Source of the DNA: an uncultured Clostridium sp. | GTDB taxonomy: Bacteria; Bacillota_I; Bacilli_A; RF39; UBA660 | Assembly (NCBI GenBank): GCA_964345385.1 | Contig: CAYFQM010000001.1 | Span: 630 to 51,496, forward strand | Direction: 5' to 3' | DNA length: 50,867 nucleotides | Shown here: positions 9,430-18,298 of the stretch, in pieces | How positions within the stretch are numbered: the first letter of the stretch is position 1 | Layout of the letters: each line of letters opens with the position of its first letter | The notes under the pieces: generated by a model | What the model was told of the DNA's origin: nothing | The model's database searches: none | The model's input: the letters and a program-made list of their open reading frames with translations, nothing else | Position numbers and translations under genes: made by a program

Positions 9430-11166
9430 TTATTTTAATATAGCTTTTATTCTTCTTACTCCTGAAGAAGAAGATTCTTCTTTAACTATTTTAAATTCAC
9501 CTAACTCACTAGTGTTTTTTACATGTGGACCTCCACATAATTCATAAGAAATGTCTCCTATAGAATAAACTGTAACTATATCTGGATATCTTTCAATAAA
9601 CATACATTCAGCTCCACTTTTAATAGCATCTTCTTTTTTCATTTCTTTACTTGTAACAGGAAGAGCATCTTTAATCCATTTATTTACTAATTTTTCTATA
9701 CTACTCTTTTCTTCATCAGTAAGTTTATGATCAGAACTAAAATCAAATCTAATTCTTTCATTATTTATATTGCATCCCATTTGATGAGCATCTTTTCCAA
9801 TTACTTCTTTTAATGCTGCGTTTAATAAATGAGTTGCTGTATGATATTTAATTTGTGCTTCATCATGTGATAAAAGGCCCCCTTTAAATTGTTGTTTTGA
9901 ACTAGTTCTAGATAATTCTTGATGATGTTTATAACATTCTTTAAAACCATCTAGGTCAACTTTAAAACCTTTTTCTTCTGCAAGTTCAACAGTAAGCTCA
10001 ATTGGAAAACCATATGTATCAAATAAACGAAAAGCAGTTTTCCCATCTATATTACCATTATATATTTTTTTAAATTCTCTTAAACCTTTTTCTAGTGTTT
10101 TATTAAATTTTATCTTTTCATTTTTAAGTACTTCTAATACTTCATCTTTATTTTTAGATAATTCTTCATAATGCTTTTCATATTTAGATATTATTTTTAA
10201 TGCGATTAACTCTTCCCAATTACTATTAATATCTATATCTAACTGCCTTGCATATCTAATACTTCTTCTTATTAATCTTCTTAAAATATAACCTTGCCCT
10301 ATATTACTTGGTTTAATCATAGCATTATCTGCACTAATAAAGACAGCGGTTCTAATATGATCAGCAATAATTCTCATTTGCTTTGAATAATCATTATATT
10401 TCTTATTAGAGATTTCTTCAATTAAAGATATTATATCTTTCCATACAGAAGAAGTATAATTATCACTTACATTTTCTATAATTGATACCACTCTTTCATA
10501 ACCCATACCAGTATCTACATTTTTATTAGGAAGCTCTGTAATTTTCCCGTTTTCATCTTTATAGTATTCCATAAAAACATTATTCCAAATTTCAACCCAT
10601 CTTTCATCATTTGGATCAAATTTTTCTGGTACTTTTTCTTCACTTCTAAAATAAAATATTTCTGTATCCGGTCCACATGGTCCATGAGTAGAAGCTATCC
10701 AAAAATTATCTTTTACTGTTTTAGCTATTCTGTCTTCTTTAATACCTACACTTCTCCATATATTATATGACTCACTATCAAATGGAACTTCTTCATTACC
10801 TTCAAACACAGTTACAGCTAATCTTTCAACTGGAAACTTTAAAACTTCAGTCAAAACCTCATAGCTCCAAGTAATAGATTCTTTTTTAAAATAATCTCCT
10901 AAACTCCAATTACCTAACATCTCAAAAAATGTATGATGATAAGTATCTCCTATCACATCTAAATCATTTGTTCTTATACATTTTTGATAATTACAAAGTC
11001 TTTTTCCACAAGGATGATTTTCTCCCATTAAATACGGAATTAATTGTTGCATTCCAGCAGTTGTAAATAAAACACTAGAATCATTTTCAGGTACTAATGA
11101 AGCACTAGGTATTTGATAGTGCCCTTTACTTACAAAAAAAATTATAAACTTTTCTCTTAAATCCAT
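9430..11166 (-). CDS. alaS: Alanine--tRNA ligase, unusually short (578 aa)
   Basis: N-terminal class II core (LFTTAGMQQ, QKCIRTNDLD, HHTFFEMLGNWSLGDYFK) and editing domain HTATHLL...CGGPHV...SGVRRIKAILK. The protein ends right after the editing domain. Confidence 0.88.
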   Translation of the reverse strand: MDLREKFIIFFVSKGHYQIPSASLVPENDSSVLFTTAGMQQLIPYLMGENHPCGKRLCNYQKCIRTNDLDVIGDTYHHTFFEMLGNWSLGDYFKKESITWSYEVLTEVLKFPVERLAVTVFEGNEEVPFDSESYNIWRSVGIKEDRIAKTVKDNFWIASTHGPCGPDTEIFYFRSEEKVPEKFDPNDERWVEIWNNVFMEYYKDENGKITELPNKNVDTGMGYERVVSIIENVSDNYTSSVWKDIISLIEEISNKKYNDYSKQMRIIADHIRTAVFISADNAMIKPSNIGQGYILRRLIRRSIRYARQLDIDINSNWEELIALKIISKYEKHYEELSKNKDEVLEVLKNEKIKFNKTLEKGLREFKKIYNGNIDGKTAFRLFDTYGFPIELTVELAEEKGFKVDLDGFKECYKHHQELSRTSSKQQFKGGLLSHDEAQIKYHTATHLLNAALKEVIGKDAHQMGCNINNERIRFDFSSDHKLTDEEKSSIEKLVNKWIKDALPVTSKEMKKEDAIKSGAECMFIERYPDIVTVYSIGDISYELCGGPHVKNTSELGEFKIVKEESSSSGVRRIKAILK

Positions 11167-11283
11167 ATAGCCCTCCTAAAATAAAAAAATAATACAAAAG
11201 TAAATACTTTTATAATAATTTATATTAACTTGTATTAATATAATAAATATTTATGTAAATATTGTCAAGTTATAGAAAATTTC

Positions 11284-11763
11284 CTATCGTTTTTCTCTTT
11301 TTATTATTACATTAGGTACATTATCATATTTGTTATCTTCTACTGAAACAAACAATATTCTGGTTTTTAAATTACAATTAGAATTATTATTTTTTTTCAT
11401 AGATAATATTATTTTATCTTTTAATGATGTAATAGAAGTTAAATAATTTTCACTATTGCATAATCTTGTTTGATAAAAGATAGCAACAAAATCATATTTA
11501 TTAAATGCTTCATGAGTAATATTTTCGTTAGTAATTTCTTTAATATATTCTTCTTCATTTAAATTTTTCTTTATAAAGTTTTTATAGCTCTCATAATCTT
11601 TTAATAACACATCACTAGGTAAAGATTCAAAATATAATGATGTTTCGATTTCTCTTGAATATTTTACTTTCTTACCAAATAAAAAGTAAAAACCTAAAAT
11701 AAATACAAAAAACAAAATCAAAATAACAACACCTTTAATATTTGTTTTTTGTTTTTTATTCAT
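11284..11763 (-). CDS. Hypothetical signal-anchored protein (160 aa)
   Basis: Start moved to MNKKQK (RBS AAGAGGG). One N-terminal TM (GVVILILFFVFILGFYFLF). No recognisable motifs. Confidence 0.55.
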   Translation of the reverse strand: MNKKQKTNIKGVVILILFFVFILGFYFLFGKKVKYSREIETSLYFESLPSDVLLKDYESYKNFIKKNLNEEEYIKEITNENITHEAFNKYDFVAIFYQTRLCNSENYLTSITSLKDKIILSMKKNNNSNCNLKTRILFVSVEDNKYDNVPNVIIKREKR

Positions 11764-11842
11764 ATATTTACCCTCTTTTCTATTTTTATTATAACAAATA
11801 CTCTCAAAAAAATAAGAATATTTACACAATATTCTTATTTTT

Positions 11843-12517
11843 TTACACTAAAGGTGAATCATTAGTTGGTATAGCAGTTTCTGGTGTTTGAACATTCACT
11901 GGTGCCACCCCATCTACTGGTGCTGATGGTGCAGAAACTGTTTCTGGTGTACCAGCTACAGGAGCAGCAACATTTTCAACATAAGGTGCTCCAGTATTAA
12001 CTACTTGAGGCTCAACTTCTATTGGTTTAGATTCTCCCATTTCTGGAATTTCTGGTATTACAGGAACTTCAGGTATTACAACACTTTCTTCTGTCAACAT
12101 AACATTATCATTTGGCATAGAAACTGGTTGCACTACTTCATTGTTAACATTTTGGCCCGGCATTGAAACAGGCTCTGATGGAACATTAACATTTGAAGCT
12201 TCCATATTTAAATTTGGTTCATTTTGCGTTTCTCTAATTGTTGGCCTACTTTCATCTGGCACATTATCAAAAGTTAATGAAGGTTCTTCCTGCACCGGTG
12301 CAAGTGTAGCTGCCGATACAGTATTAATTCCTTGTTCTGTATAAGCCATATTAGCCTCATTTATTTCAGGTGTAGGTGCAACATTATTATTTGCTGCTTC
12401 TTTATTCTTATGTTTCTTTCCATCAACAATAAGCCCTATAAGAGCAAGCAATAATACTCCAGCCCCACACATAAACCATATATAATTATCTGCTAAAAAA
12501 TTTAAGATTGAATCCAT
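11843..12517 (-). CDS. Hypothetical membrane-anchored Pro/Val/Glu-rich protein (224 aa)
   Basis: ATG at 12517 follows AGAGGAGGA. N-terminal TM (IWFMCGAGVLLLALIGLIV) followed by KKHKNKE, then a long low-complexity P/V/E/N-rich tail. Confidence 0.6.
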   Translation of the reverse strand: MDSILNFLADNYIWFMCGAGVLLLALIGLIVDGKKHKNKEAANNNVAPTPEINEANMAYTEQGINTVSAATLAPVQEEPSLTFDNVPDESRPTIRETQNEPNLNMEASNVNVPSEPVSMPGQNVNNEVVQPVSMPNDNVMLTEESVVIPEVPVIPEIPEMGESKPIEVEPQVVNTGAPYVENVAAPVAGTPETVSAPSAPVDGVAPVNVQTPETAIPTNDSPLV

Positions 12518-12593
12518 AATAAACAATCCTCCTCTATTCTCATATATTTATTCTAACATTGAATCATTAATAATTCAACACATTTTTTTATAA

Positions 12594-14015
12594 TTAACTA
12601 ATCATTTCTTTTAACATTTGTTTAGCTACGCTAGGATTTGCTTTTCCTTTAGATTTTTTCATAACTTGACCAACTAAATAATCAAGCATATTAGTTCTTC
12701 CTTTATTATAATCATTAACTGCTTGCTCATTTTCTTTTATTACTTCCTCTAAATATTTAGTAAGTAACTCATCATCTTCTATTATTTCCATATTACGTTC
12801 TTTAATAATTTCTTCTATTGATTTTTCTTCATCTAACATAATAGTTAATATTTCTTTAGCTTGATTATTGGTTATTTTACCATTATCTACCCTGTTAACT
12901 AAATCTCCTAAATCCTTTGGCTTTATAAATAAATTATCAATTTCTATATTTCTTTTATTTATTTCGCCTAATAATCTAGTAGTTATAAAATTACATATAC
13001 TTTTTGCATTAGATGAATATTTTAAACACTCTTCAAAATAATCAGATATTTTTTTGTCTTTAACTAATAAATTTGAATCATATTCACTTAAATTATATTC
13101 TAAAATATATTTGTTTTTTCTTTCTGAAGCTAAAACTGGTATTTCTTTTATAATATCATTAATTAAATCTTTAGTAATTTTATATCTTGGAATATTAGGT
13201 TCAGGAAAATATTTATAATCCACCTCTTCTTCTTTACTTCTCATACGTATAGTTGTTCCAGTTGGTTCATCAAACCTTCTTGTTTCCCTTACTACTTCAC
13301 TATATCTACCTGCTTCTTTTAATTTTGTTTGACGTTCTATTTCATAATTGATTGTTTGCCTTACGTTTGCAAAACTATTTACATTTTTAACTTCTACTCT
13401 AGTTCCATATTCAGTTGCATCATCTTCCATTATAGATATATTTACATCACATCTTGTTTGACCTTTTTTTGAATCTGCATCTGATATACCAGTGTATTGA
13501 TATATACTTCTTAATGTCTCTAAAAAGCATACTACTTCATCAGCATTATTAAAACAAGGTTCTGTTACTATTTCTAATAGTGGAACACCACATCTATTAT
13601 AATCAAGTGCACTATAATCATCAAAATGATCTAAAGAAGCAGTATCTTCTTCTAAATGAATATCATGTATTAACACTTCTTTTTCTATTCCATTAACATC
13701 AATTATTATTTTTCCATTAACTCCTACTGGGTTATAAAACTGAGTTATTTGGTAACCTTTAGGTAAGTCTGGATAAAAATAATTTTTTCGATCAAACTCC
13801 ATATATGAAGAAATTTCACAATTTAGTATATAAGCCATCTTTATAGCTTTTCTCATACATTCTTTATTTAATGATGGTAACGTTCCAGGAAAAGCCATAT
13901 CTATAACTGATACATTTTTATTAGCTATAGTATTATATTGATTTAATGCTGGAGAAAATACTTTAGTATGAGATTTAAGTTCACAATGAAATTCTAATCC
14001 AATAACTGCTTTCAT
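12594..14015 (-). CDS. gatB: Asp/Glu-tRNA amidotransferase subunit B
   Basis: N-terminus IGLEFHCEL, central DRKNYFYPDLPKGYQITQ, C-terminal YqeY-like tail. ATGA overlap with gatA. Confidence 0.95.
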   Translation of the reverse strand: MKAVIGLEFHCELKSHTKVFSPALNQYNTIANKNVSVIDMAFPGTLPSLNKECMRKAIKMAYILNCEISSYMEFDRKNYFYPDLPKGYQITQFYNPVGVNGKIIIDVNGIEKEVLIHDIHLEEDTASLDHFDDYSALDYNRCGVPLLEIVTEPCFNNADEVVCFLETLRSIYQYTGISDADSKKGQTRCDVNISIMEDDATEYGTRVEVKNVNSFANVRQTINYEIERQTKLKEAGRYSEVVRETRRFDEPTGTTIRMRSKEEEVDYKYFPEPNIPRYKITKDLINDIIKEIPVLASERKNKYILEYNLSEYDSNLLVKDKKISDYFEECLKYSSNAKSICNFITTRLLGEINKRNIEIDNLFIKPKDLGDLVNRVDNGKITNNQAKEILTIMLDEEKSIEEIIKERNMEIIEDDELLTKYLEEVIKENEQAVNDYNKGRTNMLDYLVGQVMKKSKGKANPSVAKQMLKEMIS

Positions 14016-15448
14016 TTTTTACTCTCCTTTGCTATTTGATTTTCATATGTCATATTTTGTTCTAAAGAATATGCTATATTTAAAACATTACTATCATCCT
14101 TAACTTTACCAGTAATATTTACACCTGTTGGTAAACCATTTATAAAACCATTAGGAATTGTAATACTAGGATAGCCTCCAAAATTACCTATTTGTAATAA
14201 TTCTTCTAATATAGGTGAATCATTTTTATTAAGCTTACTATCAAAATATTTAGCTACTCCTGTAGATACAGGCATAATAAATGCATCGTATTTTTCAAAT
14301 AAAGAATTAAATTTTTCTACAATAAGCCTTCTTACTCTTTTAGCATTTATAAAATATTTCTCTTGATTTTCTTCTTGTAAAACATATGAACCAATTACAA
14401 GCCTTCTTTTTATAAGAGGACTAAACCCTTGAGTTCTATAGTTTTTAACCATTTCTTCAAAAGTTTCACCTTCACTTCTTGGTCCAAAAGAAATACCTGT
14501 TAAATTTGATAAATTAGATGTTGCTTCTGCACAAGATAAAATTATATAAGTGCTATTTATACTTTGAAGTAACTTTTCATCAATACTTTCTTTACTAACT
14601 TCTGCACCAAGCTTCTTCATAAGTTTTAATGTATTATTAAAGTTTTCTATATGCTTAATAAATTCTTCAGATGGATTTTCATAGTTATCTAAATTTATTA
14701 ATGAATCTATATAAAATAATTTTTTACCTTTTAAATCATTTTTTAAATTTTCATATAGTTTTATATTTTGTGAATCCCATGAAGTCATATCATTATTATC
14801 TTTTCCTTTTATAGCATCTATTACAATACTTGCATCTTTAACACTTCTTGTTAAAACACCTATTGTATCAAGTGAGCTTGCAAAAGCAAATAAACCATAT
14901 CTTGAAACAAGTCCATAAGTTGGTTTAAAACCTACTATTCCACAATAAGCAGCTGGTTTTCTAATAGAGTCTCCTGTATCACTTCCTAAAGCAAAAGGAT
15001 ATACTCCACATGCAACAGAAGTAGCAGAACCCGAAGAACTTCCAGCGCACATTCTTTTTTTATCCCATGGATTTAAAACTTTTCCTGTATGACATGTAGT
15101 GCCTTCTCCTCCTAATCCTAACTCATCCATTGTTGTTTTACCTATATATACAGCTCCGCTTTCTTTTAATTTTTTTACTACTGTGGCATCATATATTGGT
15201 ACATAATTTTTTAAAGAATTAGATGAAGCAGTTGTTAAAACTCCTTTAGTAGTTATATTATCTTTTATACCATATGGAATATTACTAAGTAAATTATCTG
15301 TTAAATTATTTTCTTTTACTTCATCCAATATAGTTACAAATGCATTATATTCTTTTAAGGCTTCTTTTGCTTTATTAATAGAATCAGAAATTAACTCTTT
15401 AGGAGTAATTTCTTTTTTAACTAATTTTTTATGTAAATCCTCTATCAT
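14012..15448 (-). CDS. gatA: Glu-tRNA(Gln) amidotransferase subunit A
   Basis: Amidase signature GGSSSGSA-like (CAGSSSGSATSVA) and GSDTGDSIRKPAAYCG. Confidence 0.95.
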   Translation of the reverse strand: MIEDLHKKLVKKEITPKELISDSINKAKEALKEYNAFVTILDEVKENNLTDNLLSNIPYGIKDNITTKGVLTTASSNSLKNYVPIYDATVVKKLKESGAVYIGKTTMDELGLGGEGTTCHTGKVLNPWDKKRMCAGSSSGSATSVACGVYPFALGSDTGDSIRKPAAYCGIVGFKPTYGLVSRYGLFAFASSLDTIGVLTRSVKDASIVIDAIKGKDNNDMTSWDSQNIKLYENLKNDLKGKKLFYIDSLINLDNYENPSEEFIKHIENFNNTLKLMKKLGAEVSKESIDEKLLQSINSTYIILSCAEATSNLSNLTGISFGPRSEGETFEEMVKNYRTQGFSPLIKRRLVIGSYVLQEENQEKYFINAKRVRRLIVEKFNSLFEKYDAFIMPVSTGVAKYFDSKLNKNDSPILEELLQIGNFGGYPSITIPNGFINGLPTGVNITGKVKDDSNVLNIAYSLEQNMTYENQIAKESKK

Positions 15449-15741
15449 TCTCCCACCACCTTAGGAATAACAATTTCTCTTCCTTCTACAGCCTTTGAAT
15501 TTGAAAAAAGTTCATTAACTTCTATCTCTTCACTTGAAAATGTATCATCTCTTAACTTATCAATTTCTATATCAAATGGATATGTAAGAGGAACAACTTC
15601 CTTTATATTAGGTATAGTATTAACAATATTTATTTTATTATGAATCTCATCAAACTCTAACTCTATTAATTTTATTTCTTCTTCACTTAGTCCAATTAAT
15701 AAACTATCTGCTAAATTATTTATTTCTTTTTTAGTAAGCAT
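15445..15741 (-). CDS. gatC: Glu-tRNA(Gln) amidotransferase subunit C
   Basis: 98 aa, typical GatC length and LRDD motif, first gene of gatCAB. Confidence 0.85.
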   Translation of the reverse strand: MLTKKEINNLADSLLIGLSEEEIKLIELEFDEIHNKINIVNTIPNIKEVVPLTYPFDIEIDKLRDDTFSSEEIEVNELFSNSKAVEGREIVIPKVVGE

Positions 15742-15755
15742 ATTACCTCCTATTT

Positions 15756-18296
15756 TTATATTTTAAACTCTTCAAAAAAATCACTCATAGTTAAATTAAC
15801 TACTACTCTTTCTTTAGGCACTTCATCCTTTACATCTGTTTCTTCTTCTTTAATTTCATCATTAATATCTTCTTTACCAATAATAGTTAATTTAGAAATA
15901 ACAAATATATCATTAATATTCTTTTTAGTAATAACATTTCCATTAGATGATTTATCACTTATAACTATATCACTAGATTTAATATATTTAATTTCATCTT
16001 CTAATATTCCAAATATTGTTTTAGAATGTACATTAAATGCTTTAAATAAATTAATAACTTTACTTTTCATTTTTTTAATAATAATGCTTCCTTTTAAAGC
16101 ACGTGATGTTTTTTTAACTTCATCTAACTTAATTCTTTTAGCCATATTATTATCTGTAAATATAGATATGTATTCTAATGAATCTTTTGTTACAAAAGAA
16201 GATACTACATAATCATTATTAGATAATCTTATATTTTTAACTCCACTTCCTCGAAGTCCTACCATAGCTATCTCTTCACTACTATATCTTAAAGCATAAC
16301 CTTCTTTAGTAAATACATATACATCATTATTTTCACCTTCATTTGATTTACTAATAGAAATTAATTCATCTTTATTTTTTAACTTAAACATAATCATAGG
16401 TTTAGAATATCTACTTACTTCAAAATCTTTAAGTAACATTCTTTTACACATTCCCATTTTAGTAAATGCAGTAATAATTGTATTATCAAAATTATTAACA
16501 GCAATAGTTTTTACTATACTTTCTTCATCAGATATTTGAATTATATTAGATATGTGAGAACCTAGATCTTTATATTTACATTCAGGAATTTCTCTTACTG
16601 GAACATATAAATAATTTCCTTGGTTAGTAAACATTAATACTGTATCATGATTATTCATTTTATAAAAACCTTCTATATAATCATTTTCTTTAACCCCTGG
16701 ATATTCTGCACTTGACAAATTATATGATTTTAATGAAACCTTCTTTACATATCCAGCTTTACTAATGCATACTACAAAGTCTTCTTTACTTACCATATCT
16801 AATTCATTAATTTTAATTTCATCTACATCTTTTTCTATTACAGTTTTTCTATCATGAGCAAATTCTTTTTTAACGCTTCTAAGTTCATTTTTTATTACAT
16901 TAAATAATATACCTTCATCACTAAGAATTGATTTAAAAAAAGCAATTTCTTCTTTTAAGCGTTCATATTCTTCTTTAAATAAATTAACATCTGTATTAGT
17001 AAGTTTATATAACTGCATCATAACAATAGCTTCAGCTTGAACTTTACTAAAATCGTATTCTTTGACTAAATTATTGATAGCTTCTTCTTTATTTTTAGAA
17101 CTTCTTATTGTTTTAATAACTTTATCAAGAATATCTAATGCTTTTATAAAACCTTCTAATATATGACTTTTCTTTTCATCTACTTCAAGATCAAACTCAG
17201 TTCTTTTAACTACAACTTCTTTCTTATGATTTATAAACGCATCTAATAAATCTAATATACCTAAAGTCTTAGGAGTTCTATTAACAATAGCTACCATATT
17301 ATAGTTAAATGATGTTTGCATGTCAGTATTTTTAAGTAAATAGTTTACTATAAGATTTGTTTTAGCTTTTGGTTTTAAATCTATTACAATTCTTATTCCT
17401 TCTCTATCAGTTTCATCTCTTACTTCTAATATTCCATCTATTTTTTTATCTATTCTAATAGAATCTATTTTTTGTACTAAAGAAGATTTGTTTACATCAT
17501 ATGGAATCTCAGTAATAACAATTTGCTCTTTAGATTTACTTTTTACTATATCATATTTACATCTTAATACTACTCTTCCACGACCAGTTGTAAAAGCATC
17601 TACTATTCCATCATGTCCCATACATATTCCACCAGTAGGAAAATCTGGTCCTTTTACTATTTCTAATATTGTTTCTAATCTACAGTTAGGACTATCAATT
17701 CTTTTAATGCATGCATCTATTATTTCTCCTAAATTATGTGGAGGAATATTAGTAGCGTAACCTGTACTTATTCCACTAGAACCATTAACGAGGAAATTAG
17801 GAGAGTTGAGTGGTAAGACTGCAGGTTCTAAAAATCTATCATCAAAGTTTGGTGACCAAGCAACTGTATTTTTATCAATATCATTTAATAATTCATTACT
17901 TATTTTAGATAGTCTTGCTTCTGTATAACGATATGCAGCAGCGCCATCACCATCAATAGAACCATTATTACCATGAACATCTATAAGTATATGATTTTGT
18001 TTCCACCATTGACTCATACGAATCATCGCATCATAAACAGAAGCGTCTCCATGAGGATGCCACTTACCTAAAACAGAACCTACTGTATAAGCACATTTTA
18101 AATATGGTTTATTATAAACGTTGTTATTATGATGCATATCATATAATATTCTTCTTTGAACAGGTTTAAGTCCATCTCTTGCATCTGGTATTGCTCTTTC
18201 TTGAATTATCTCTTTAGCATACGCTCCAAATCTTAAACCCATAATATCTTCAAGAGCATAATCTTGTATTTTTTTTATAATTTCTTTTTCTTTCAT
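15756..18296 (-). CDS. parC: DNA topoisomerase IV subunit A
   Basis: RFGAYAKEIIQERAIPDARDGLKPVQRRILY is the ParC/GrlA-type N-terminus (GyrA has ...SVIV.RALPDVRDGLKPVHRR). Active-site AAAYRYTEARL. No GyrA-box seen. Confidence 0.8.
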   Translation of the reverse strand: MKEKEIIKKIQDYALEDIMGLRFGAYAKEIIQERAIPDARDGLKPVQRRILYDMHHNNNVYNKPYLKCAYTVGSVLGKWHPHGDASVYDAMIRMSQWWKQNHILIDVHGNNGSIDGDGAAAYRYTEARLSKISNELLNDIDKNTVAWSPNFDDRFLEPAVLPLNSPNFLVNGSSGISTGYATNIPPHNLGEIIDACIKRIDSPNCRLETILEIVKGPDFPTGGICMGHDGIVDAFTTGRGRVVLRCKYDIVKSKSKEQIVITEIPYDVNKSSLVQKIDSIRIDKKIDGILEVRDETDREGIRIVIDLKPKAKTNLIVNYLLKNTDMQTSFNYNMVAIVNRTPKTLGILDLLDAFINHKKEVVVKRTEFDLEVDEKKSHILEGFIKALDILDKVIKTIRSSKNKEEAINNLVKEYDFSKVQAEAIVMMQLYKLTNTDVNLFKEEYERLKEEIAFFKSILSDEGILFNVIKNELRSVKKEFAHDRKTVIEKDVDEIKINELDMVSKEDFVVCISKAGYVKKVSLKSYNLSSAEYPGVKENDYIEGFYKMNNHDTVLMFTNQGNYLYVPVREIPECKYKDLGSHISNIIQISDEESIVKTIAVNNFDNTIITAFTKMGMCKRMLLKDFEVSRYSKPMIMFKLKNKDELISISKSNEGENNDVYVFTKEGYALRYSSEEIAMVGLRGSGVKNIRLSNNDYVVSSFVTKDSLEYISIFTDNNMAKRIKLDEVKKTSRALKGSIIIKKMKSKVINLFKAFNVHSKTIFGILEDEIKYIKSSDIVISDKSSNGNVITKKNINDIFVISKLTIIGKEDINDEIKEEETDVKDEVPKERVVVNLTMSDFFEEFKI

Positions 18297-18298
18297 AT

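Noticed and set aside
11167-11283. T-box leader upstream of alaS.
   Set aside because: The promoter (TTGACA-17-TATTAT) lies only ~70 nt from the start codon. That is too short for a T-box (about 200 nt or more), and no specifier or T-box consensus sequence (AGAGA...GGTGGTACCGCG) is visible.
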